DNA of 64,000 nt from an uncultured Chloroflexia bacterium (GCA_963768655.1 CAVYIM010000008.1:1-64000); one strand, 5' to 3'; numbered from the stretch's first letter, positions 1 through 9,997 are shown. Translations and numbers: made by a program. The notes: generated by a model from the letters alone, not told the origin.

Positions 1-1248
1 CTCACGTACTTCTAGATGGCTGCCGGCCTCGACGGCAAGAGAAACAGCAGCCTCGCGCAGGCCCCGCGGCAGCAGAAGCTGGTCGATCGACTCCTCGTAG
101 CAGCGGATCAGCCGCGGCGTGTTCCAGGTCGAGAGGCGCAGGCGCTCCTTCTCGTAGTACTCGGGGTTGTGGAGAGAGGCCAGATGCTTGAGAGCCGCGA
201 CGAGCGCAGGAGGTAGGCCGATGCGATCAATTGCCAGCATCGCGCCGGCCACGGCCGGAATCTTGTCGGGCGGTTTGGGTCCGTCCCCGCGAAACGGGCG
301 ACGGTAGGTCGGTTCGACCGGGCCGGTCGCCACCTCGCGAAGCTGCTGCGCGAGGAGGTTCACCCCGCTCACCGAGGCCCGTTGGAGACCCGAGAGGAAG
401 GCGAACTGATCGTCGTGCGGCGTAAGGGAGTCGTCGAGGAACACGGTCGTGCCGCCTTTACGGCAGGTGCCCTGAAGCGGAAGTGCGATCAGGTTGCCGA
501 ACGAGCCTTTCGGCATGAAGTCCTGCGCCGGGAACAAGCGGTCATAACTCGCGAGGTCGAGCTCGGCGCGGATGGTCATTGCTTCTCGGAGCAGATGGGC
601 GCCGATCCTGCGTGCGGCAGATGCTGGGACTGCTCCGGCGAAAAAGATCCAGGCATGGGCGCCGTCACCCGAACGCGAGCGCTCGAGCGTGGCGTCGAAT
701 CCCAAGGCCCGGGCGGCGTCCTGGTAGGCTCGCGCGTCCAGCGGCCAGGTCGGCCCGTCGAAGTCGCACGCTAGCAGGCGGCAACTGTCATTGGGCAGCA
801 ACGGATACAGACCAACGTGAATGCGGCCAGACAGATGGGCCTCGATGACTTCGTCGCTGAGCGGGAGATATGTGCGGTCAGGCTTTCTTGCGTTGGCTGG
901 CCCGCCCACAACCGCCGGGCTCCAGCCCGACTTGCCTGTGCGAGAGTTGTCCCATCGAGTGGCGTAGACATCGTCACGCCCGCAGAACAGGGCTCGAAAC
1001 ACGTCGATCTTCGCTCTGGTCGATGACCTGGCGTCGAGCTTGGGAAGGGAAGCGACGTCACCATCGCCGAAAAGGTTCGTGCCGCCGGCAGCGAACTCTG
1101 GAGTCCATGGCGGAGGTGGAGTATCGACAGTGTCGGCGCGCGTTCCGATCATCTCGCGAAGCCGCGCGTTCTCCGCCCGGAGAATATCGATCTCGCGCTC
1201 GAGGTCGTCGCGCGAGCGCGGAGGACTGTGGCCTGAACGATCAGTCAC
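1..1248 (-). CDS. AEP (TOTE-type) primase domain + SF2/ResIII helicase, copy 1; 5' part only, runs off the left edge
   Basis: Aligns with a constant 16288-bp offset to 16289..17536. GTG at 1248 is in frame with position 1 (SHLEVRE); RLLACDFDG motif visible. Confidence 0.85.
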   Translation of the reverse strand, partial: MTDRSGHSPPRSRDDLEREIDILRAENARLREMIGTRADTVDTPPPPWTPEFAAGGTNLFGDGDVASLPKLDARSSTRAKIDVFRALFCGRDDVYATRWDNSRTGKSGWSPAVVGGPANARKPDRTYLPLSDEVIEAHLSGRIHVGLYPLLPNDSCRLLACDFDGPTWPLDARAYQDAARALGFDATLERSRSGDGAHAWIFFAGAVPASAARRIGAHLLREAMTIRAELDLASYDRLFPAQDFMPKGSFGNLIALPLQGTCRKGGTTVFLDDSLTPHDDQFAFLSGLQRASVSGVNLLAQQLREVATGPVEPTYRRPFRGDGPKPPDKIPAVAGAMLAIDRIGLPPALVAALKHLASLHNPEYYEKERLRLSTWNTPRLIRCYEESIDQLLLPRGLREAAVSLAVEAGSHLEVRE

Positions 1249-1297
1249 TGGTTGAGCGGGTGCCGCTTGTGCCCCGGGAACCCGGACGAAGAAGCCC

Positions 1298-2568
1298 TCA
1301 TGGGCAAAGGGATCCGACCGGAATGATGTGCACCCCGTCGGGTCGCGTGTAGGCGTAGCCGGTGGAAGTGATTACTCCCAGCGCGAGCGGCGGCCCGATC
1401 TTCGAGGTATCGACGCGTTCGTCGGCCAACTTGCGCAGGTGCTTGGCGGCTTCATCGACCTGGTTGAGGCCGATCTTGACCTCGAAGGCGGCCCAGCGAC
1501 CATCGGCAAGCTCGATGACCGCGTCTGCTTCCAGGTCGGTGTTGTCGCGGTAGTGGAAAACGGAGGCTTCGATCGCCTGGGCATATACACGCAAGTCCCT
1601 GATGACCATGTTCTCGAAGTAGAAGCCGAGCGTGTTGGGATCGCGCAGGAGAGCCTCATCGTTGATTGCGAGTGCGGCGACTGCAAGAGATGGATCGACG
1701 AAGTACCGAATTGGTGCTCCCCGCAACCGACTACGAGAACGCAGGTTCGGACTCCAGGCCGGCAGTTCGTCGATCACCATCAGGCGCGCGAGCGTGTCCA
1801 GGTAGCCTGAAACGGTCTCCGGCTTTCGCGTGCCGTCGGAGCCGTTCACGTCCGCGGTGACGGTGTTTAGCGACGCCGCGGACCCGACGTGTCGGGCGTA
1901 GGACGAGAGGAGCTTCCGGACGAGCGCCGAATCGCGTTGGCGGCCACCGCTCGCTCGGCCGACATCGGCTCGGGCAATCTCTCCGACGTAGCCGCGCATC
2001 GCCCGGAGCGCTCGAGGGGTCGGGAGTTCCAGCAGCTGAGGCCAGCCGCCTCTGGAGACCAACTCCGCTATGTCGCGGATGGTGAGCCCCAGTCGCCCGC
2101 ACGGACGGGTGCCCCAGCCAGGACTTCGGCGAACGAGACCGTTGCGGTCGATCGCCCGAGTTCATGGAGCGTCATCGGACGCATCCTCAGCCGCAGGAAT
2201 CGTCCGGCGCCTACATGTCGCGTCTCGTCGTCAGGTGGTACGGCTGAGCCTGCCAGGATGAAAAGGCCGGTTACTCCGCGATCGTCGACGGCTCTGCGTA
2301 CGGCATCCCGGACGTCCTTGACTCGCTGCCACTCGTCGATCAGGCGGGGATTGTCACCCACAAGAGCCAGCGATGGGTCTAGCTCGGCTGCGGCACGGGC
2401 TTGGGCATCCACATCAAAGCGCACCTGGCTGCGTGCGATCTGGCCGGCTGTCATGGTCTTACCGACCGACTTGGGCCCCTCGACGAGCACGGCGCCAACG
2501 CTTGCGAGCGCTTCGCGTAGCTCCGAGTCCACTACGCGCGGTCGATACTCGGGCATTCGGTCCTTCAC
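1298..2568 (-). pseudogene. AAA_14 + DUF4143 ATPase, copy 1, frameshifted
   Basis: Split into ORFs 2068..2748 and 1298..2062. Reads gagcccc-agtcgccc near 2084-2098 where the intact copy has gagccccgagtcgccc (1-bp deletion). Walker A GPKSVGKT, LIDEWQ, YFVDP and EADAVIE motifs present. Confidence 0.85.
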
Positions 2569-2643
2569 ACTTCGTTGCCGGCGACTCGCGTCTTTGGCCC
2601 TCGGATTGTGGTCCGGGGCTCCGTTCACGTCAAGCTGGTCAGG

Positions 2644-2704
2644 GGTCATTAGCAATGCCGTCGGGAGGTCATTAGCAATGCCATCAGGCAGTCGTCTGCA
2701 ATCT
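2644..2704. repeat. 23-bp-period direct repeats GGTCATTAGCAATGCC upstream of the AAA ATPase (putative operator)
   Basis: Copies at 2644 and 2667 plus a degenerate third near 2690; diverged equivalents at 18934 and 18957. Confidence 0.6.
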
Positions 2705-2874
2705 TTTTGGACTGGCCTCTGTGTCTCCAGGCCGACTACGTTGGGCACCGTGTCGTGTGGGTTGCCACTATTGAATCATCAGCATCGAGCTCGTACTCGC
2801 AAAGCAGTCTGCCGAGCGGGTCGCGTCGCCGGGCCTGGTTGGGCGATGCCCTCGCGGCGAACTGCGCGGATGGG

Positions 2875-2964
2875 CTAAGCGGCCAGTAGCACCTCGACCA
2901 GCTCGTCCACACCCTCAATCACGATGGTTGGTGGAGTGCGTCCGAATCCCTCCGGGCGCGCCAT
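2875..2964 (-). other. Cryptic recombinase-C-terminus-like frame MARPEGFGRTPPTIVIEGVDELVEVLLAA*, overlapping the att core
   Basis: Manual translation; conserved at protein level with 12737..12826 and 19073..19162. Confidence 0.65.
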
Positions 2965-2984
2965 TGACACCTCCGGGCGCGCCA
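2948..2984 (+). repeat. Two tandem att-like cores matching a tRNA-Arg 3' end (2948-2963 and 2970-2984)
   Basis: TCCGAATCCCTCCGGGCGCGCCA resembles T-loop + acceptor stem + CCA of tRNA-Arg (CGGGCGC-G-CCA); second core follows after 6 bp. Confidence 0.75.
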
Positions 2985-3283
2985 CTCTTTCGAGTAGGTC
3001 CCCGAACCCGAGCCTTCGCCGAGGCGCTATACGCCGCGTTTTCCTGAGTGGCTCGCCGGCGACGGCCGAAGTGTCAGATGCCCAGTCCGTCGGTCAGGAT
3101 TGTCAGATGCCCGCCCCGACCAAACTGACGACTTTCAGATGCCCATCGCCCGGCGCTGGTTCTATCGGCCTGGCGCTAGTTCTGTGAGATTCATCGCGCC
3201 AAGGGCGTCAACTACGGCCGCCAGGGAGCTTCTGAGGAGTAGATCTGAGTGTCGGTGTGTCCGCGCTGGCGTGCGATCCTTGG

Positions 3284-3313
3284 TTGACGACTATGTCGGA
3301 TCGGACATATACT
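3284..3313 (+). promoter_or_regulatory. Sigma70-type promoter with operator for the TA operon
   Basis: TTGACG(3284)-18 bp-TATACT(3308); inverted repeat TATGTC-N6-GACATA at 3292-3309; GTG start 7 nt after the -10. Confidence 0.6.
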
Positions 3314-3320
3314 GCCGACC

Positions 3321-3668
3321 GTGAGTGCGGACGACAAGCCGCTGGTCTGGCTTCATGGAGAGGTGAGAACCCCTCCGCTGTCTCAACAGGCACGCATCGA
3401 GATTGGCGTGCTGCTACGGCGGATACAGCAGGGCGAACCTCTCGGGATGCCTGTCTCACGGCCCATGCCCTTGATCGGGAAGCGGTGCCACGAACTACGA
3501 ATTGTGGACGAGGACTCCACTTGGCGGGTCGTCTATCAGATCGATGACGACGCGATCGTAATCGCGGATGTGTTCAAGAAGAAGACGCAGGCGACGCCCA
3601 AAGACGTGATCGAGGCCTGCCAACGGCGGCTCCGCCTGTACGACGAAATCGTCGGCGGAAGGGAGTGA
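3321..3668 (+). CDS. Type II toxin, RelE/ParE/HigB-like (Gp49/DUF891)
   Basis: LGMPVSRPMPLIGKRCHELRI...WRVVY...IVIADVFKKKTQATP signature; overlaps the downstream HTH gene. Confidence 0.85.
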   Translation: MSADDKPLVWLHGEVRTPPLSQQARIEIGVLLRRIQQGEPLGMPVSRPMPLIGKRCHELRIVDEDSTWRVVYQIDDDAIVIADVFKKKTQATPKDVIEACQRRLRLYDEIVGGRE

Positions 3669-3994
3669 ACGCAAAGATGGATCAGAACAAGAAGGATCGC
3701 CTCGAAGGAGCCGGCTGGCGCGTCGGGAACGCCGAGGACTTCCTCGAACTCACCCCGGAGGAGACGGCGTTCATGGAGCTCAAGCTTGCCCTGGCCCGTT
3801 TCCTACGCGACGTGCGCGTGCAGCAGGGGTGGACGCAGGCGCAGACGGCGAAGCGCCTTGGGTCGAGCCAATCGCGATTCGCCAAGATGGAGGCGGCGGA
3901 CGCCTCCGTCTCAGTCGATCTGCTCGTCAAGTCACTGCTGGGGCTCGGAGCGACCCGTGAGCAGGTTGGCCAGGTAATCGCTCGAGCCGCATAA
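3665..3994 (+). CDS. XRE-family HTH antitoxin (HigA-like)
   Basis: WTQAQTAKRLGSSQSRFAKMEA helix-turn-helix; GTGA coupling to the toxin stop. Confidence 0.85.
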   Translation: MNAKMDQNKKDRLEGAGWRVGNAEDFLELTPEETAFMELKLALARFLRDVRVQQGWTQAQTAKRLGSSQSRFAKMEAADASVSVDLLVKSLLGLGATREQVGQVIARAA

Positions 3995-4399
3995 CGCTGG
4001 GCCCTGGCCAGTACACGTCGGGGTGAGCCGATCCGCCTTGTCGACCTGAGCTTCCGACTGTCAATCTGAAGGCCCGGGTCGCTTGCTCTACTTTGTTTCT
4101 CGTTCCGCCTTGGCATCCAAACCTGGCGCGCAGCCAACGAACTTGCCGGCCGAGTCGTGATGCAGGACGGCGCCCGGCTCTTCTGACGTGACGGGCGCTC
4201 AGGCAGGGGCGAGCGCAGATCTCGACGAAGGCATCTTGCCGGGCGATCGCGGCTGGTCCACTGGCGAACCGCCGGCGGATGTCACGACGCACTGGCCGAG
4301 ACTGCGGTTGGATCGCGAACGATCCTGTGCCAGGATCTGTGCCCCGACCGGCTCGAGACAGCAACGCCGAAGCACGAGGACAGAAGAACGAGGCGACGA

Positions 4400-5176
4400 A
4401 TGGCTGACACAACTGCCCCGGCCACCAACAAGCCCATCTGGATCGACCTGGCCAGCTCCGATCCGGCCGCCTCGCGGGAGTTCTACGCGAAGCTCTTCGG
4501 CTGGCAGGTCGAAGTGAACCCTGATCCGCAGTACGGCGGTTACGCGCTGGCAAAGAACGGCGGCCGCGACGTGGCGGGCATCGGCCCCAAGATGATGCCC
4601 GACGCGCCGACAGCCTGGTCGATCTACATTGGCACGCCGGACGCCGCGGATCTGGCGGAGAAGGTGCGGGCGGCGGGCGGCAAGGTAGTCGCCCCGCCTA
4701 TGCAGGTCGGCGACCAGGGCCGCATGGCCGTCTTCCAGGACCCCTCGGGCGCGTTCATCGGGGCCTGGCAGCCAATGGCGATGAGGGGGTTCACGTCCGA
4801 CGCCTCGGGCGCGTTCGGGTGGGCGGAATTGAACGCCCGAGGGCTGGACAAGGCCCTGCCATTCTACAGCGCGGTCTTCAGCTGGGTCCCCAGGATGAGC
4901 CCGATGGGCGAGGGCCAGCCACCGTACACGGAGTTCCTGGTCGGCAGCGAGAGCATTGCGGGTGGCCTGGAGATGAACCCCATGGTCCCGGCCGAGGTGC
5001 CGAGCTACTGGATGGTGTACTTCTTCGTTGACGAGGTGGATGGTTCGTTCCGAAAGGCGATCGAGGCGGGTGCCCGAGAGATGCTGGCCCCGCAGGACTT
5101 CCCCGGTGGTCGTTTCGCGATCCTCGGTGACCCGCAGGGTGCGGCTTTCGGATTGCTCAAGACGACGCCGCGGTAG
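4400..5176 (+). CDS. VOC/glyoxalase family protein (two domains)
   Basis: WIDLASSD..FYAKLFGW, GRMAVFQDPSGA and GRFAILGDPQGA repeats. Confidence 0.9.
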   Translation: MADTTAPATNKPIWIDLASSDPAASREFYAKLFGWQVEVNPDPQYGGYALAKNGGRDVAGIGPKMMPDAPTAWSIYIGTPDAADLAEKVRAAGGKVVAPPMQVGDQGRMAVFQDPSGAFIGAWQPMAMRGFTSDASGAFGWAELNARGLDKALPFYSAVFSWVPRMSPMGEGQPPYTEFLVGSESIAGGLEMNPMVPAEVPSYWMVYFFVDEVDGSFRKAIEAGAREMLAPQDFPGGRFAILGDPQGAAFGLLKTTPR

Positions 5177-5385
5177 CCAGGCCCGTGCCGGGCGCGGGGG
5201 GCCTGCCAGCGATCGGGTACGCTCGTTACCGAGGTGGCGCCACGAGGCGCCGCGGGTACGACCATCGCCCTCATCCGACCCGCCCAGGTCGGTGCAACGC
5301 TGGCCCGGCACGGCCGCGATGCTTACGTTCCGCGACCCTAACAGCAAGCGTGCGATTGCCCGATATGGCATGAGGAGCGCGAACC

Positions 5386-5742
5386 ATGAAGCAATACCTT
5401 CTTAGTGTGGTCACGCCCACCGGCGGGACGCCCCCACTTCCGGAAGTGCTCGGCCCGATCATGGAGCGAGTCGCAGCGATCGACAGGGATCTCAAGGACG
5501 CAGGCGCCTGGGTCTTCTCAGGGGGGCTCGAGGCGCCCAGCAGCGCAACCGCGCTGCGCCTGCAGGACGACGAGGTGCTAATGACGGACGGCCCGTTCGC
5601 TGAGGGCAAGGAGTACCTGGGCGGCTTCTCGATCATCAGGGTCGCCAACCTCGACGATGCGCTCGAGTGGGGCACCGGGCTAGCCCGCGCGATCGGCCTC
5701 CCGATCGAGGTGCGTCAGTTCGTCGACGACGAGCTTTCCTGA
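5386..5742 (+). CDS. YciI family (DGPF-motif) protein
   Basis: TDGPFAEGKEYLGGF motif; RBS GAGGAG. Confidence 0.9.
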   Translation: MKQYLLSVVTPTGGTPPLPEVLGPIMERVAAIDRDLKDAGAWVFSGGLEAPSSATALRLQDDEVLMTDGPFAEGKEYLGGFSIIRVANLDDALEWGTGLARAIGLPIEVRQFVDDELS

Positions 5743-5874
5743 CCGTTCAGCGCTCTCGCTCCGACCATTCAGGTAGGTGCTCCCCTTCCCACCTGCCCTT
5801 CCCGGCCGTCTACTCCAACTTTCGTCGTCACGCGTGCGGCGCACGCCGAGCGCCAGCTACCCCCGCTCAGCGCC

Positions 5875-5942
5875 CTACCCGGAGATCTTGCGGCGGTAGA
5901 TGACCATGGCGAAGACGTACGCGACGATGAGGATGCCGACAC
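5875..5942 (-). pseudogene. C-terminal remnant of an ABC-2 (DrrB-like) permease
   Basis: Translates VGILIVAYVFAMVIYRRKISG*, abutting the kinase stop codon. Confidence 0.4.
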
Positions 5943-8117
5943 TCAGGCACTCCGTCCGAATAGGGCGCCGACGACGTCGGCGAGGTCGAACGCGCTGAAG
6001 GGCTTCGCCAGCGGCCGCGGTGCGCCAGCCGGGAGCGAGCCCGCCTCATAGCCAGACATGAACAGGACCGGCAGTCCCGGTCGGATGGCGGCGATACGCT
6101 CCGCGAGCACCGGGCCGCTCATGACCGGCATGACGACGTCGGTGACGAGGGCGTCGAACGCACCCGGGTCCCCTGTTGCGGCATCGAGAGCAGCCATAGG
6201 ATCGCCGAACGAGAGCACGCGGTAGCCACACTCTTGCAGGGCGCGCTCCGCGAACAGGCGCACGGCGGGCTCGTCCTCGACGAGCAGGATCGTCTCGGTC
6301 CCGCCGCGCTGGCCGTGACCGACCTTGGGCACGCTCGGCGCCTCGACCGCAGCCTCTTTGAGTGCTGGCAGGTAGATGCGAAAGACGCTGCCGCCGCCGG
6401 GGTTGCTTTCGACGTCGATGTAACCACCGGCCTGCTTCACGATGCCATACACGCTGGCGAGGCCCAGGCCGGTGCCCTGGCCTCGGGGCTTGGTCGTAAA
6501 GAACGGCTCGAACAGATGCGCCTGCGTGTTCTCGTCCATCCCGACGCCGGTGTCGGACACCGATATGAGGACGTGGCGGCCGGCCTGCGCCCCTGGATGC
6601 GATCCGACGAAGATCCTGCTCAGCGTCACGGGCTTCACGGCGATGCCGAGCGTTCCGCCGGCAGGCATCGCATCGCGGGCGTTCGCGGCGAGGTTGAGCA
6701 GGACCTCCTCGATCTGGACCCGGTCGGCCAGAACGCGGGACACCTTTGGGCTCGCGTCGAGACTGACGAAGATGTCCTCCCCTACGAGGCGGCGCAGGAG
6801 CGCCACGGAGTCGCGGGCCAGGGCGGCCAGATCGAGAGGCGTGGGGTGCACCTCCGCTCGGCGGCTGAAGGCGAGCAGGCCGCGCGTCAACTGGGCGGCT
6901 CGTTCGGCCGCATGTTCGATCTCTAGGACGTCCGATCGGCTCTCGTCACCCGGCGGATGCTCGGCGAGATGGAGTTCGGCGAACCCGTGGATGGCCGTCA
7001 GCAGGTTGTTGAAGTCGTGGGCCACCCCGCCCGCGAGGCGCCCGACCGCCTCCATCTTCTGGGCCGCCGCCAGCTGCTCCGCGAGGGTGTGTGGCTCGGT
7101 TATGTCCTGGATTAGCCCGTCATATGAGAGAAGCGTGCCCTCGGGGCCGAATTGGGGCACGCATGTGTTGCGGACCCACCGGATCCGGCCGTCCTTGTGA
7201 ACGATCCGATGCTCCAGCGGGCCCACCTGTTCCCCCGCCACGATCCGGCGAGTCTGCTCACGGACCGCCTCGCGATCCTCCGGGACGATCACGCGCAGCC
7301 ACAGATGAGGGTCCTGCCACATCTCGTCGGATGAGTAGCCGGTCACCGCCACGCAGCCCGGGCCGTAGACGGTGGAGCTGGCCCGGCCGTCCTGTACGGT
7401 CACCGTGAATACGAAGTCCGTGATCGTCTCGGTGATGCGACGGTACCGCTCTTCACTGGCCTGAAGCTCAGAGGTGCGTTGGGCGACTCGACCTTCGAGC
7501 TCGTCGCGCGCAGCCCGGAGCTGCTCGCGCATGGCCGCATCCTCGATCGAGATGGCGGACTGGCTGGCCATGGCCGAGAGCATGTCGAGATCGGCCTGAT
7601 CGAACTCGCGATCCCCGGGCCGATTGGATGCCACGACGACGCCCAGGGCCCGGTCGCCGTACAGGATCGGGGCGACCATCATCGAACCCGGTCCGGTGGC
7701 CCGTCGTCGCTCGTCGACCCGAGGCGACTCTCGCGGGTCGCGAACGTTCCCCGTCGAGAGAGTGGCCTGGCGATGGTCGATCACCCAGCCCGCGAGCCCC
7801 TCCATCAGCTCGTCGAAGTCGATGTCGGTGAACCGATTGGCGGCCGGGCCGGCGCTGTAGTTGCCCGTCACCGAGCGCGTGTCTGTGTCGATGGCGAACA
7901 GATTGACTCGCATGGCCGGGAGCGCCTCGGCCACGACCTCCACGACGCGCTGCAGCAGCGTCTCGAGCGTCTCCCCCGCGACCTGCGAACTGCTGATTCG
8001 ATACAGGGCCTGGGCCTTGGCGAGAGCGGCTTCGATCTCGGCTCTCCCTAACGCCGGGTTGCCTGCCTGCCCGTGGCCTGGCGTGGCCGCAGCGCGATCA
8101 TCGCCACTTGTGTCCAT
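5943..8117 (-). CDS. Hybrid sensor histidine kinase (GAF-PAS-HisKA-HATPase-REC)
   Basis: AGGVAHDFNNLL H-box, FEPFFTTK, GTGLGL, ILLVEDE...TDVVMP; start placed at MDTSG. Confidence 0.9.
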   Translation of the reverse strand: MDTSGDDRAAATPGHGQAGNPALGRAEIEAALAKAQALYRISSSQVAGETLETLLQRVVEVVAEALPAMRVNLFAIDTDTRSVTGNYSAGPAANRFTDIDFDELMEGLAGWVIDHRQATLSTGNVRDPRESPRVDERRRATGPGSMMVAPILYGDRALGVVVASNRPGDREFDQADLDMLSAMASQSAISIEDAAMREQLRAARDELEGRVAQRTSELQASEERYRRITETITDFVFTVTVQDGRASSTVYGPGCVAVTGYSSDEMWQDPHLWLRVIVPEDREAVREQTRRIVAGEQVGPLEHRIVHKDGRIRWVRNTCVPQFGPEGTLLSYDGLIQDITEPHTLAEQLAAAQKMEAVGRLAGGVAHDFNNLLTAIHGFAELHLAEHPPGDESRSDVLEIEHAAERAAQLTRGLLAFSRRAEVHPTPLDLAALARDSVALLRRLVGEDIFVSLDASPKVSRVLADRVQIEEVLLNLAANARDAMPAGGTLGIAVKPVTLSRIFVGSHPGAQAGRHVLISVSDTGVGMDENTQAHLFEPFFTTKPRGQGTGLGLASVYGIVKQAGGYIDVESNPGGGSVFRIYLPALKEAAVEAPSVPKVGHGQRGGTETILLVEDEPAVRLFAERALQECGYRVLSFGDPMAALDAATGDPGAFDALVTDVVMPVMSGPVLAERIAAIRPGLPVLFMSGYEAGSLPAGAPRPLAKPFSAFDLADVVGALFGRSA

Positions 8118-8406
8118 AGCGAGGGTTCGGCACCTACCTGGTCGGAAGAGGTTGCGGCGGCGGAGTCCCCCTTCGCAGCTGTCGCAATGAGCTGCGAGGA
8201 GTCTAGCGCGACCCGTCGCCGCGGCCGGCGTCTTTCCGCACCGGCCCACGCTCGCATCTGGTCCGGTCGCGACTCCGCAGATACGGGAGCTAGATGGCAG
8301 GAAGGCCCGGTCGCCTTCCTCGAGGCCCCTCCGGGAAATCGGCGCACAGCCGAACTCCCTTGAGCGGAGGACGCTCCGGCGCTCGCCACCTACCCACGAA
8401 CAGGTC

Positions 8407-9671
8407 TCTATGCAGAGGGTCTGAGTGTCAAGGGCTTTCGCGCGGGGGGGTGCCCGTTTGAGCGAGGGGAATGCGCTTCTCATGTCTCTATTGCCTCCTC
8501 GGAGGGGAGGACTCGGTTGGGTGGGAGACAGCGGTGGCCCAAGTCATAGAGGGTCGTCAAGCGACCAGACCTGATGTGGGGCCTCCCGCTCGGAACGGCT
8601 CCTGGCGCGTGAGGATGTACCAGATCACGCCGGCGAGCTCGCGGGCGAGCTCTACCCGAGCGATCTTGCTGCCTCGCTGCTTGCCGAGCCGGCGCTTGGT
8701 GTGTTCGTAACGATCGTGATATCGAGGATCACGCGATGCGGTGGTGGCGGCTTCGATGAGCGCCCAGCGCAGGTACTTGGGTCCGGTCTTGGCGAGGGGT
8801 CCACGCCGATCGGATAGGCCGGACTGGTACACAGCGGGGCAGAGCCCGGTGTACCCGGTGAGCTGCTTGGGGCCCGCGAACCGGCCGATGTCGCCGATCT
8901 CGGCGGCGATCGTGTACGCGAGCACCCAGCCGATCCCTGGGACGGTCCGCAGCAGGGGCACGTACCGATGGTCGGCACCCGTGGCGCGGAGTTCAGCCTC
9001 GATCTCGTCGATCTTCGCCTCGAGATCGTCCACGAGGCGCAGGCTCGTTCGGAGCGTCGTCGCCCAGGGCTCTGGGATTGGCATGGAAGCGAGCAAGTCT
9101 CGCCCGCGCATCCCGAACAGGTCGGACACCGGCACCGACTGGCCAAACGCGATGAGCGTGGCGTGGATCCGGTTCTTGAGCGAGGTTCGATAGTGAACGA
9201 GGTACAGCCGGAAGCGGGCTCGCTCGCGTTCGGCGCGGATCGAGGGATCGGGCAGCCAGATCGCAGGCACCAACTCCCGTCGGGCCAGCTCGGCGAGTAC
9301 TCGCGCGTCGATCTTGTCAGTCTTGGCGGCCAGTGGGGCCAGGCCCCTCGCTTTCGCGGCGTCGGCGATCTCGACGTCCCAGCCCAAGCGCTCCAGGGTG
9401 TCGTGGACGAAGCGGGCACCGTTCATCGACTCGATCGCCGCCTCGACGGGCTGGCCGTAACGGGCAATCCGCGCCGTCAGCGTGCGGAGAGCGTCGGCAT
9501 CAGGATGCACGGCGAGGATCTCGACCGTCTGACCTGTCTCATCGAGGACGTGTACATCGAGCTTCTGGCGTGAAAGGTCCAACCCGGCGTATAACATCCC
9601 ATGGGCCTCCTGGTGATTGGTTCCGTTGAGAACCCACGATTTCACCAGCGGGGCCCTCTGAACCGTCTATG
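8407..9671 (-). mobile_element. IS110-family (IS1111-like) insertion sequence
   Basis: CATAGA core at both ends (8407-8412 and 9666-9671); subterminal inverted repeat CAGAGGGTC (8413) / GGCCCTCTG (9652-9660); about 145 bp of non-coding DNA after the transposase stop; outward-facing TTGACA near the end. Confidence 0.75.
8557..9597 (-). CDS. IS110 family transposase (DEDD RuvC-like)
   Basis: YAGLDLS, AIES, KTDKIDA, TVPGIG, EIGDIGRF and YTGLCP..YQSG motifs. Confidence 0.95.
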   Translation of the reverse strand: MLYAGLDLSRQKLDVHVLDETGQTVEILAVHPDADALRTLTARIARYGQPVEAAIESMNGARFVHDTLERLGWDVEIADAAKARGLAPLAAKTDKIDARVLAELARRELVPAIWLPDPSIRAERERARFRLYLVHYRTSLKNRIHATLIAFGQSVPVSDLFGMRGRDLLASMPIPEPWATTLRTSLRLVDDLEAKIDEIEAELRATGADHRYVPLLRTVPGIGWVLAYTIAAEIGDIGRFAGPKQLTGYTGLCPAVYQSGLSDRRGPLAKTGPKYLRWALIEAATTASRDPRYHDRYEHTKRRLGKQRGSKIARVELARELAGVIWYILTRQEPFRAGGPTSGLVA

Positions 9672-9997
9672 TCGCCGGCCTCGATGAGCTTGCCGGCACC
9701 CGCGGCGGCGCTGATGAGGGTGCGGTTGCGCGCGATCGAGTTCTCCAGCGCCAGGGTCTCGATGGCAGCGGTCTCCAGCAGGCGCTGTGCACCCTCGATG
9801 CTGCGCAGCCCGGCGAAGTCGTAGATGGTCGCGACGCTGCGGGCCTTGCGCCGGTGCATCCCGCCGATCCGTCTGGACTCGGCCGCTTCATCGGCCGAGT
9901 CGGGGTCGTGCCAGTAGCAGACGCTCTTGCCCCGCAAGGCCGGGGCCCGGCAGGCGAGGCCGTCGGGCATGAGGATGGTGCAGCCGCGGTTTACCAT
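9672..9997 (-). pseudogene. Small Cys/His-motif mobile-element protein interrupted by IS110
   Basis: C-x-DGLACRAPA-x-CYWH motif; the frame runs into the IS end at ...EAGDI. Confidence 0.55.

Noticed and set aside
2890-2963. Complete tRNA-Arg gene
   Set aside because: Only the 3' end matches; there is no 5' GCGCCCG acceptor strand, D arm or anticodon arm upstream.
2964-2992. Promoter from the perfect TTGACA between the two cores
   Set aside because: No plausible -10 element at 16-18 bp spacing.
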